Assembly: GCA_039683575.1 (NCBI GenBank)
Contig: JBDKRC010000248.1
Span: 1-41,582 of the forward strand
DNA: 41,582 nt
Source of the DNA: Armatimonadia bacterium
GTDB taxonomy: Bacteria > Armatimonadota > Zipacnadia > Zipacnadales > UBA11051
Reading direction: 5' to 3'
Part shown: positions 1 through 8,076 of the stretch, in pieces
Numbering within the stretch: the stretch's first letter is position 1
Layout of the letters: each line of letters opens with the position of its first letter
Notes under the pieces: model-generated
Told to the model about the DNA's origin: nothing
Databases searched by the model: none
What the model saw: only the letters and a program-made list of their open reading frames with translations
Position numbers and translations under genes: made by a program

Positions 1-117
1 AACAATGCGGCTGCGCAGCACCATCCGCTGCGGCGCAGTCAACTGACGCGTAGTCTTCTCAAGGTGCTGACGGTCAGCGTCGGAGAGGACAATTGGAACG
101 GCTCGCGGACCAGGCAT
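1..117 (-). CDS. IS630-family transposase, N-terminal fragment (runs off the window edge)
   Basis: Not in the ORF track. Reverse-strand translation from ATG at 117 gives MPGPRAVPIVLSDADRQHLEKTTRQLTAPQRMVLRSRIV, matching the typical IS630 N-terminus (L-S/T-x-x-E/D-R-x-x-L...R-A/S-R-I-V-L). Frame is open to position 1. Confidence 0.8.
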   Translation of the reverse strand, partial: MPGPRAVPIVLSDADRQHLEKTTRQLTAPQRMVLRSRIV

Positions 118-210
118 AGGTCACTCCGCAAGCAAGATGATCTGCCTATTCCACAAGCCAGCCGAAATCCTTTTATTTAACTGTTTAGATATTTATTGGA
201 CAAGACACTA
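1..210 (-). mobile_element. IS630-family insertion sequence, left end
   Basis: Transposase start at 117 and an AT-rich terminal segment. On the minus strand the end reads CTAG-TGTCTTGTCCAATAAATATC, with a TA/CTAG (208-211) at the boundary as expected for IS630 target sites. The other end lies outside the window. Confidence 0.7.
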
Positions 211-221
211 GCACACAAACC

Positions 222-944
222 TCATCGTCCCAACATCCCTGCCCAATCCCTGACCGGCGCGTCCCTTAGCCCCTCCGGCCCCCTCGTCACCGCCCGCCCC
301 AGATCGTCCAGGCAGTGCGCATCCGAGCCCCTCACCAGCCTCTTCTCCGCCAGTTCCGGCCATCTCGCTCTTGCCTGCTCCGGCGTCATCCACGGCGAGA
401 GCTCCAGCACCTCAGCCTCCAGATCGTCCGGCAGGAACCCCAGGACCGAATACAGTCCGTACGCCTCTCTGTCCACATGTGCCGGGATTGCCAGCCCCTC
501 GCTCCCCGTCACCATTCGTGTCAACTCCGACAGCCCTAGCTCCACCGCCGTCAGCAGTAGCCGCTCTTCTTCACCGACGACGTTCCCCAGGCTATCCACG
601 AGCCACTGGTCACCGAACAGGTCGGGCCGGTTCAGCCTGTGGGGCAGATGCGGCTGCAGCGCGCTTTCAAAGCTGCTTGCCATCTCCGGCGTGTCAAAGA
701 GCGCCAGCACGTGTACCCCCTCCGCCGTCTCCACTTCCAACCCCACCACTACCCGAACTCTGAAGGCGGGCGCCGCCTCCGCAGAGGCCGCCGCATTCCC
801 AGCCGTCCCGTGGTCGACAATGCCAATGATGGCCAGCCCCTGCCGCTCGGCCAAAAGCAACACTGCCGGTGGCGTCATCTGCGCTGTGGCACACGGCGAG
901 AGCACCGTATGGACATGCAGGTCGAGTGCGATCTCACCGGCCAT
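222..944 (-). CDS. PHP-domain metal-dependent phosphoesterase
   Basis: PHP motifs DLHVHT, DH, E..T.EGVH.L, PAHVDR and GSDAH. Start set at ATG 944 (GGAG RBS upstream) rather than 977. Confidence 0.88.
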   Translation of the reverse strand: MAGEIALDLHVHTVLSPCATAQMTPPAVLLLAERQGLAIIGIVDHGTAGNAAASAEAAPAFRVRVVVGLEVETAEGVHVLALFDTPEMASSFESALQPHLPHRLNRPDLFGDQWLVDSLGNVVGEEERLLLTAVELGLSELTRMVTGSEGLAIPAHVDREAYGLYSVLGFLPDDLEAEVLELSPWMTPEQARARWPELAEKRLVRGSDAHCLDDLGRAVTRGPEGLRDAPVRDWAGMLGR

Positions 945-979
945 GACAGCGGGCTCCTGCTGCAACTCCAGCACCAATG

Positions 980-1040
980 GGGCAGGCGGCTCGCCTGCCC
1001 GGAGGCCCGCTTCCCTGCGCGGGCGGCCCGCCCGCGCTAC
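980..1040. repeat. Two REP-like palindromes
   Basis: GGGCAGGCG-gct-CGCCTGCCC at 980-1000, and a minus-strand GTAG-type hairpin GTAGCGCGGGCGGGCCGCCCGCGC at 1017-1040. Confidence 0.6.
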
Positions 1041-1061
1041 TGGAATTGCTGTGGGGCAACA

Positions 1062-1415
1062 CTACCGCAGCCCCATGCCATAGAGCCGACCCGCTACCTC
1101 AAAGGCGCTGGTCCCTGAGGCCAACAGTGGCATACCCTCATCGTTGGCGTGGTTGATGGTATCCTCACCCGGCAGGAGCCCATCCGCCACCACGATGGCC
1201 GCCATACCACCCAGCGCCGCCACTGCCACTACGTTAGGGTGCACCTGGATCGTGATCCATAGCTGCCCCGCCTGCCCGCGGGCCATCACGTGGCTCAGCA
1301 GGTCGCATACCTGTACCCCGGTCACCCCGCGCACCAGCCGTTCGCTTCCGGCGATCACCGTGAGCCCCAGTTCCCGCACGACGTCAGCGACCGTCACCAC
1401 GCCGGCCTCAGCCAT
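1062..1415 (-). CDS. DRTGG-domain protein
   Basis: VTVADVVRELGL...CDLLSHVM...GQLWITIQVHPNVVAVA...AFEVAGRLY is typical of the stand-alone DRTGG/HPr-kinase-N family. Start ATG 1415 overlaps the upstream stop. Confidence 0.85.
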   Translation of the reverse strand: MAEAGVVTVADVVRELGLTVIAGSERLVRGVTGVQVCDLLSHVMARGQAGQLWITIQVHPNVVAVAALGGMAAIVVADGLLPGEDTINHANDEGMPLLASGTSAFEVAGRLYGMGLR

Positions 1416-1878
1416 GGTTCTCATCCCTCCGCACAAACGTCAGGTAAAGTTGCACACCTTCGCCGACCGTACTCTCCAGACGCATCTCGTCGGCTTGCTG
1501 CTTGATGTTCGCCAAGCCCATTCCCGCGCCAAAGCCCAGTGTCCGGGCTTCTTCCGAGGCCGAGGACCACCCTGGCGTCTGCGCCAACTCCACGTCCTCG
1601 ATACCCGGCCCCTGATCCAGCACCGCCACCAGAATCCGGTCCGGGTAGACGTCCATCGTCAGGTATCCCGACCGGCCATGCAGAACTACGTTCATCTCCG
1701 CCTCATAGCACGCGATGGCTACCCGTTGGATGGTGTCCTCATCAATCTCAGCGCCACTCAGCGCGGCCTTGACGGCGGTTGAGGCTCTTCCCCCGAGGAA
1801 ATACGCCCGCCCCAGTATTGGAAACTCGTAGTGCCGAGGCCTATCCGCCGCGGCGTCGGGATTACTCACTGCCGCCAC
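1408..1878 (-). CDS. Anti-sigma-factor-type Ser/Thr kinase (HATPase_c ATP-binding protein)
   Basis: GHKL motifs: N box YEAEMNVVLH, G1 DQGPGI, G2 GFGAGMGLANI, and STVGEG. Confidence 0.88.
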   Translation of the reverse strand: MAAVSNPDAAADRPRHYEFPILGRAYFLGGRASTAVKAALSGAEIDEDTIQRVAIACYEAEMNVVLHGRSGYLTMDVYPDRILVAVLDQGPGIEDVELAQTPGWSSASEEARTLGFGAGMGLANIKQQADEMRLESTVGEGVQLYLTFVRRDENHG

Positions 1879-2263
1879 GCCCTCCCTCTACCAACTCAGC
1901 AGGCTCAGCGGGCGCCTGTTTCCGGTACGGCCGCAAGCCAGCCTGCATGAGCAGCCCGCTGCACTCATAGCTGGAGAGCGGAGTCGCGTAGACGCCGACG
2001 CCCTGTTCGCAAGCGGCCTCAAGCATCTCGCTGCCTGGCTGCTTGCCCTGCACGATGAGAACCGCGGGAACGCGTTTGATGGTGGCGGTACGGATGGTCT
2101 GGTCGGTGGTAAGTCCGGTGAGGAGAAGAGATCCGGGGTGAGCGAAGGCCAGCACGTCACTCATCAGATCGGCCGCAAAACAGCCGGTCAGTAACAATTG
2201 CTCGTCATCTGCCTGGACGAGCGTCTCGGCCTTCACAATATGGAGAGCCCCTGCCAGTGTCAA
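1862..2263 (-). CDS. DRTGG-domain protein
   Basis: FAADLMSDVLAF...LLLTGLTTDQTIRTA...GKQP...YECSGLL family pattern. Paralog of 1062-1415. Confidence 0.85.
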   Translation of the reverse strand: MTLAGALHIVKAETLVQADDEQLLLTGCFAADLMSDVLAFAHPGSLLLTGLTTDQTIRTATIKRVPAVLIVQGKQPGSEMLEAACEQGVGVYATPLSSYECSGLLMQAGLRPYRKQAPAEPAELVEGGRGGSE

Positions 2264-2578
2264 TCCTGCGCTCCTTTACGACGGGGTCAGGTGACTACCG
2301 GTCAGCTGCGTAGATTGCTACGTCTCGTTATATCAAGTCTGGTTGCATGCCCCCAGCCCAAAAGTCCTGATTGGTAAACAACTCTGTTTAGTTCCTTCGC
2401 CGTACACCCTCGCCATTCCTTCTCCCTGAAGACCATTTCCGTGATCTTTTTCTGTGGCCGTCAGCCTGAGCAGCATGCGGGCAGCAGCGCATGTTACGCC
2501 AGACATCTGGCGTGAACATGATGTTCAGGCCTCGCGTCCCAGATACCGGAACGATGCCAAACTGGAGGAGGGGCTGAA

Positions 2579-3538
2579 GTGGTACTGGACACAAACCTTG
2601 AAACACTCGAGAAGCTCGACATGATGGAAGAGGCCAGGATGGTCGATGTATCGATCGTCATCCCGGCGTTCAACGAAGAGAAGGCCATAGCCGAGAGCCT
2701 GCGGGAACTGCAGCACGAGCTACGGGACGTGCCCTGGCGCTATGAAGTGATCGTGGTGGACGATGGCTGCCAGGACGGCACCGTCTGCCAGGCCCGCAGC
2801 GTTCCGGGCGTCACGGTCATCAGCCATGCCCAAAACCGCGGCTACGGAGCCGCCCTCAAGACCGGCATCCGACAGGCCCAGGGAGACATCATCGTCATCA
2901 CCGACGGTGACGGCACCTACCCCGCGCGCTTCATCCCAACCATCGTAGAGGGGCTGAAATCCGCCGACATGGTGGTTGGCTCGCGCACCGGCACGATCAG
3001 CAAGATCCCGGCGATCCGCCGCCCGGCCAAGTGGTTCCTCAACAAGCTGGCAAGCTTCCTGGCCGAGACCAAGATCCCGGACCTGAACTCAGGCCTGCGC
3101 GCGTTCCGCAAAGAGGCGGTGCTGCCATTCTTTGGCATTCTCCCGTCCGGCTTCTCCTTCACAACCACCATCACCCTGGCGATGATCTGTAACGACTACC
3201 GGGTACGCTACGAGCCGATTGACTACGTCCAGCGCGTCGGCAAGTCGAAGATCAAGCCGTTCCAGGACACCTACCGGTTCATCCTGCTGGTGCTGCGGAC
3301 GGTCTGCTTGTTCAACCCCCTCAAGGTCTTCCTGCCCCCGGCCTTCCTGCTGATCCTGGCCGGGCTTATCCGCCTGACCTACGACGCCATCACAATCAAC
3401 CACGTAGCCGGCACTGAGTTGCTGTTCATAATCAGCGGCATCCAACTGGGCGCCATTGCTTTGCTGGCCGATGTGGTGACAAAGGTACGCAGTGTGCCTC
3501 GCGGCGACGCCGCAAGCGGCGGAGTGGTGGTGGCCTAG
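2579..3538 (+). CDS. GT2 glycosyltransferase, DPM1-like (polyprenol-phosphate sugar synthase type)
   Basis: VSIVIPAFNEE, VVDDG, NRGYGAALKTG, TDGDG, DLNSGLRAF, R.GKSK and two C-terminal TM helices. GGAGGAGG RBS before GTG 2579. Confidence 0.9.
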   Translation: MVLDTNLETLEKLDMMEEARMVDVSIVIPAFNEEKAIAESLRELQHELRDVPWRYEVIVVDDGCQDGTVCQARSVPGVTVISHAQNRGYGAALKTGIRQAQGDIIVITDGDGTYPARFIPTIVEGLKSADMVVGSRTGTISKIPAIRRPAKWFLNKLASFLAETKIPDLNSGLRAFRKEAVLPFFGILPSGFSFTTTITLAMICNDYRVRYEPIDYVQRVGKSKIKPFQDTYRFILLVLRTVCLFNPLKVFLPPAFLLILAGLIRLTYDAITINHVAGTELLFIISGIQLGAIALLADVVTKVRSVPRGDAASGGVVVA

Positions 3539-3541
3539 CAT

Positions 3542-4828
3542 ATGAAGATCGTTCTGGCGCACAAGTACTTCTACCGTGGCGGTGGCACGGCCACGTATCT
3601 ATTCGCCCTGATGGACCAGCTACAGGCGTGGGGACACGAATGCCTGCCCTTTACGGTCGCCTACGAACAGACCGTGCCGCAGCTGCATTCTGAGTACTAC
3701 GTCTCGCCGCCGGCCGGCGCCGACGAGACGCACCTCAGCGATATGCACTCACCCGCATCGCTGGTCAGGGTCCTCGGCCGCGCCATCTGGTCTACCGAGG
3801 CCTACCGCAAGGCCAAGGCGCTCGCCAGGGACCTTCGCCCCGACGTGGCCTTCGTCCACAACCTCTACAGCTACATGTCCCCCAGCCCCATAGCCGCCTT
3901 CAAGGCGGCGGGGCTGCCGGTGGTGATGCGTGTCTCGGATTACAACATGCTCTGCCCCGGATTGCGCGTGATGCGGGATGGCAAGCCTTGCACCGAGTGC
4001 GTCAAGTGCGGGCCCTTCCACTCCCTCGCCCATCGTTGCCACAAGCACTCCTTCCCCGCCACCGCCGCCCGCGTGCTAACCATGTGCGCGCACCGCTGGC
4101 TGCGCGTCTATGACAAGGTGGACCTCTTCCTGACCCCTTCGCACTTTCTGCGGGACTTGATGATCGAGGCCGGGTACCCCGCCGAACGTATCCGGCACCT
4201 ACCCAGCTTCTACCCCGTCAGCCCTGCCTCCGAGCCTGGGCAGGACCGTGGATACGTTCTGTACTTCGGCCGCGTCGCACCGGAGAAGGGCCTGGAGACG
4301 CTCCTCGATGCCATGGCGCTGCTCTCCAGGCGACCACCGCTGCTCATCGCAGGGGCCGACGTTGACGGCGAAACAGCGCGTCTCCAACAGCGCACCTGGC
4401 GCAACAAGCTCACCAGTGTGGAATTCCTGGGGATGCAGCAGCGCGAGCAGCTTGACCGCCTCATCTCCGGCGCCCGCTTCGTCGTGGTTCCCTCCAACTG
4501 GTATGACAACTGCCCCATGAGCGTGATAGAGAGCTTCGCGATGGGCAAGCCAGTCATCGGGGCCAACATCGGCGGCATCCCCGAGCAGATCACCCCGCAA
4601 TGCGGGCTGCTGTTTGAGCCCGGCAACGCCCACGATCTCGCCTTGAAGATGGAGCGCCTGCTGGACGATCCGGAGCTTCGCGAGGACATGGGGCAGGCAG
4701 CCTTGAACCGCATGCAGACGACCTATAGCCCGGAGCGACACTGCAGCCGGTTGCTCGACACCTTCGCCAGTTTGCTGAGGGGGCCGGCGTCAGCACCATC
4801 GCCACGACGGGCCGTCGGCACCACTTAG
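3542..4828 (+). CDS. GT4 glycosyltransferase
   Basis: MKI...GG, YFGRVAPEKG, VPS.WYDNCPMSVIESFAMGKPVIG.NIGGIPE. Cys-rich insert LCP...C..C...C. Confidence 0.92.
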   Translation: MKIVLAHKYFYRGGGTATYLFALMDQLQAWGHECLPFTVAYEQTVPQLHSEYYVSPPAGADETHLSDMHSPASLVRVLGRAIWSTEAYRKAKALARDLRPDVAFVHNLYSYMSPSPIAAFKAAGLPVVMRVSDYNMLCPGLRVMRDGKPCTECVKCGPFHSLAHRCHKHSFPATAARVLTMCAHRWLRVYDKVDLFLTPSHFLRDLMIEAGYPAERIRHLPSFYPVSPASEPGQDRGYVLYFGRVAPEKGLETLLDAMALLSRRPPLLIAGADVDGETARLQQRTWRNKLTSVEFLGMQQREQLDRLISGARFVVVPSNWYDNCPMSVIESFAMGKPVIGANIGGIPEQITPQCGLLFEPGNAHDLALKMERLLDDPELREDMGQAALNRMQTTYSPERHCSRLLDTFASLLRGPASAPSPRRAVGTT

Positions 4829-4879
4829 GTTGCGATGAGGCGACGGGCCGGGGGCGCCATCGGTAATCATCTTCCACAA

Positions 4880-4908
4880 GTCTCACGTTTCACGCTTCAT
4901 GTTTCATG
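4880..4908. repeat. Short heptamer tandem repeat
   Basis: GTCTCAC GTTTCAC GCTTCAT GTTTCAT G in an intergenic spacer. Confidence 0.5.
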
Positions 4909-4946
4909 CCGTCTCACACCCCTGAAGGTGACAGGAGCGTCGCTTC

Positions 4947-6488
4947 TTGGCCAGCGCAGGTACTGTCTCTGAGCGAGCCGTCAAAGACACCGCCAAGCAA
5001 TTCGGGTCGCAACTGGCTGTGGGCCTCTTCGCAGTGTTCTTCGCTGCCTGGCTCAACCGCCTGCTGCCGGCCCGCGAGTTGGCTGTCTGGCCGTTATGTC
5101 TGAGCCTCGGGGCAGCGGTGGCAGCCGTCGCTTCCTTCGGCCTCGGCGACACCTTCATCCGCCTTATTCCCGCCATGGTCGCCCGCGGGGAGCAGGACGA
5201 GGCCGCGCGGCTCCTCAAGACCGGCCTGCTCGTCAACCTCAGCGCCTGTCTCGGCCTAAGCGTCGTAGTATACCTGCTCTCCGAACAGACCGCCCGCTAT
5301 CTGCTGCATGACGAGGCGATGACCTCCCTCGTGCGCGGCATGGCCCCCGCGGCCTTCTTCATCGCCTGCAGCGAACGCCTCAACTGGGCTATGCAAGCCG
5401 TTCAGGAGTTCGGCAGACGCGCTCTCATCAACGGCCTCACCGGCATCATCCGGACGCCGCTGGCCCTGGGGCTCTGTCTGCTCCTGCACAGCCCCCGTGG
5501 TGTAATCCTGGCCCTGACGTTCACACCGCTGCTGTCCTGCCTGCTATCGCTGCTATGGCTCTCGCCGCATCTGCGCCGGGGAGCGGGCTTCACCCCCGTA
5601 GGCCAGGTACTGAGCTTCTCTCTGCCTTATTACGGTGTCTCGCTGATCGGCCTTGTCTGCGGGCGCATGAATCAGCTCATCATCGCCCTTTTCGTGGCGC
5701 CCGAGGTGCTTGCTACCTACTTCGTTGCCGGCAGCATCTCCGGCTACGTCTCTTCCCTCGACCGCTTCGCCATTGAGGCGACCACGCCAAAGCTCTCCGA
5801 GAAGGGCGCGCTGGCCGCAGGCATTCACGAGACCGAGGCAGTCTTCCGCAAGTGCACCCGTTACGTCTTCCTCGGGCTGATTCCGCTGCATTTCCTCGTT
5901 GCAGTGGCTGCCACGCCCCTGCTTCAGCTATACGGCGGCTCCCAGTACGCCGGTGCCGGTCCAGTCCTGGCCGTGCTCTGTATGGGCCTGCTCTTCTTGC
6001 TGCTTTACGACCTGCAGCGCGCCCATATACAGGTCTTTGCCCAGCCCCTGCACCTGCTCTGGCTGTCAGTCTCCCAGAGTCTCGTCAATATCATCCTCCT
6101 GGTGCTTCTCGTCCCGGCTCTGGGCGCACTGGGCGCGGCCCTGGTTGACGCGCTGGTGGGTCTTTCGCTCCTGATCGTCTCCGCCCTGATGCTCCGCCGC
6201 ACGATGGTGGTCCGCTATGACCTCCACGCGCTCTGGATCGCCCTGAGTGCCTCTCTGGCCGCAGCCGCCATTCTCTGGCTCCTGCACCCTCTCTGGCAGC
6301 AACATGCCTCTCCGGTTCTGCTGGCTTTGGCTCTCGCCGGGGTCATCTACGGCCTGGCGCTGGCCCGTCGACTGCACACTGATGACGTCACTTTGTTCAT
6401 CCGCTGCCTGCCGGCGCGCGTGGCCGAGACAGAAACCGGGCAGGCTTTGGGGCGCAGTCTTAGCTGGCTCTGGACAAAACCTGCCTGA
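4947..6488 (+). CDS. wzx: Wzx-type oligosaccharide flippase
   Basis: 513 aa with many TM segments and MOP-family patterns (FGLG...IR.IP; LLVP.LGALGAA). Lies in a polysaccharide operon. AGGAG RBS before TTG. Confidence 0.85.
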   Translation: MASAGTVSERAVKDTAKQFGSQLAVGLFAVFFAAWLNRLLPARELAVWPLCLSLGAAVAAVASFGLGDTFIRLIPAMVARGEQDEAARLLKTGLLVNLSACLGLSVVVYLLSEQTARYLLHDEAMTSLVRGMAPAAFFIACSERLNWAMQAVQEFGRRALINGLTGIIRTPLALGLCLLLHSPRGVILALTFTPLLSCLLSLLWLSPHLRRGAGFTPVGQVLSFSLPYYGVSLIGLVCGRMNQLIIALFVAPEVLATYFVAGSISGYVSSLDRFAIEATTPKLSEKGALAAGIHETEAVFRKCTRYVFLGLIPLHFLVAVAATPLLQLYGGSQYAGAGPVLAVLCMGLLFLLLYDLQRAHIQVFAQPLHLLWLSVSQSLVNIILLVLLVPALGALGAALVDALVGLSLLIVSALMLRRTMVVRYDLHALWIALSASLAAAAILWLLHPLWQQHASPVLLALALAGVIYGLALARRLHTDDVTLFIRCLPARVAETETGQALGRSLSWLWTKPA

Positions 6489-6511
6489 CGCTGAAAGCGT
6501 CCGAGACATAC

Positions 6512-7996
6512 ATGGCTCACGCACACCATCTGCAGTCACCAGGCGCCTCCCTGACGCGCAGGCACTGGGCAATCTACATCACCGCAGCAGTGCTCGTGGC
6601 AAGCCTTGGCGCCGCAGCCGTCTTTGGCGACGCCACCATCATCATGGTGGCACCCATGGGTCTCGCCCTGGCTGCGACGGCCCTCCTGCAGCCATTCGCG
6701 GTCTACGTCGTAATGCTCTGCATGCTGTCTATTGTCCCCATCGAGAGCAGCTTCTTCACCCTCTACATCCCCAACTGGCTGCAGGCAGTGATACCTGCCC
6801 TGCTGCTCGGCACCGTGCTGTACAACGTCGTTCACCGCGAGCGCAAGGCCTTCAGCGCCAACTGGGCCGACGTCTTCGTCGTGGGGTTCATCGTCATTGG
6901 CTACCTGGGTGTCTTTCGCGAGCCGGGAAGTGTCAGCTACAAGTTCTTCACCAATCAGCAGGTTTTCCCGGCGCTGATGTACTTCATTGCCAAGTGGCTC
7001 CCCATCGACCGGGAGCGCTTCCGAAGCCAGCTAAGGCTGCAGCTCTTCTCAGTTACTCTCCTCTCGTTGATCATGGTCGGGCAGGTGGTGACAGGCTTTG
7101 ATCCCGTCTACCACGGCTTCTCATTCCTCGGGCTAGGTGGTCTCGCCCGGGGCCCCATGTGGTCAATCTCCGACACCGTCGCCTACACCAGCGTCTGGCC
7201 CGTCTTCTTTGTCTATGCCCTCGCCACCGGTCTTCCCGCACTTGGGCGGCGGCGGCGGACCTTCTGGGGTGTGGGCCTGGCGCTGGCAATCCTGGCGACA
7301 CTGGCGACGACAGAACGGACCGGCCCTGTCGCAGTGCTCGCTGCCTTTGCCATTGCCATGCTGCACCCACGCATGGGCAAGTACGTGATGATGACGGGGT
7401 TGGCGGCCCTGATCATCGCCCCGCTATGGCTGGTGAGCCCCGCCGGGCGCCACGTGGCGACGCGCATGAAGACGGTCAAGGAACAGGGGGCCGGTTTTGA
7501 GCGGATCATCTACCGCGACAAGGCCCTGCGCTACACCCGATCACCCCTCTGGAACCCAGTGTGGGGTACCGGCTTCGGGCGCATAAATGAACTGGCGGGC
7601 AAGACCATACCCGAAGATGACTGGGTATACGACTACAACTGGGGAGAGTTCCGCCTGCGCAAAGACTTTGCCTCGCGTCCGACGCACTGCGCGCCGGTGA
7701 CCCTCTATGCCGAGTACGGGTACGGCGGCATGCTGATGCTGACTCTTGCCGGAGTGATGATCGCCGCCGGTCTGGTGCGCACCGGACGCGTGGCGCGCCG
7801 CATGGGAGGGCGAGTGGACACAGCACTGGTCCTGGCCGGGACTGGAGCCCTCGTGACCGTCCTCGTCAACGGCGTACTTCACAACACGGAGGCGGTGGTT
7901 GAGGTACTCATCCTGCTCTGGAGCTTCGGCGGGATGGTAGTTGGCCATCCTGAGGTGTTCGTGATGCCCCGCCGTGCCGACCAGTCTCAAGCTTGA
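6512..7996 (+). CDS. Wzy polymerase / O-antigen ligase family membrane protein
   Basis: Polytopic protein with T..RT, a periplasmic loop R.IY...A....P.WGTGFG, and H.......AEYG..G (Wzy_C-type motifs). Confidence 0.82.
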   Translation: MAHAHHLQSPGASLTRRHWAIYITAAVLVASLGAAAVFGDATIIMVAPMGLALAATALLQPFAVYVVMLCMLSIVPIESSFFTLYIPNWLQAVIPALLLGTVLYNVVHRERKAFSANWADVFVVGFIVIGYLGVFREPGSVSYKFFTNQQVFPALMYFIAKWLPIDRERFRSQLRLQLFSVTLLSLIMVGQVVTGFDPVYHGFSFLGLGGLARGPMWSISDTVAYTSVWPVFFVYALATGLPALGRRRRTFWGVGLALAILATLATTERTGPVAVLAAFAIAMLHPRMGKYVMMTGLAALIIAPLWLVSPAGRHVATRMKTVKEQGAGFERIIYRDKALRYTRSPLWNPVWGTGFGRINELAGKTIPEDDWVYDYNWGEFRLRKDFASRPTHCAPVTLYAEYGYGGMLMLTLAGVMIAAGLVRTGRVARRMGGRVDTALVLAGTGALVTVLVNGVLHNTEAVVEVLILLWSFGGMVVGHPEVFVMPRRADQSQA

Positions 7997-8076
7997 ACTA
8001 CTACCTGTTCTCGTAGTATTCTCTCTGTCTCCCGGCCATCGACCGGCGGGCAACAGCTTTCGGAGTGTGGACGTGC

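Noticed and set aside
196-1083. 295-aa plus-strand ORF and other long antisense or overlapping ORFs (e.g. 11097-12053, 14266-15234, 26124-26999, 33880-35058, 39297-40463)
   Set aside because: These are shadow ORFs opposite well-supported genes, with biased Ser/Arg/Pro composition and no motifs, as expected in high-GC DNA.
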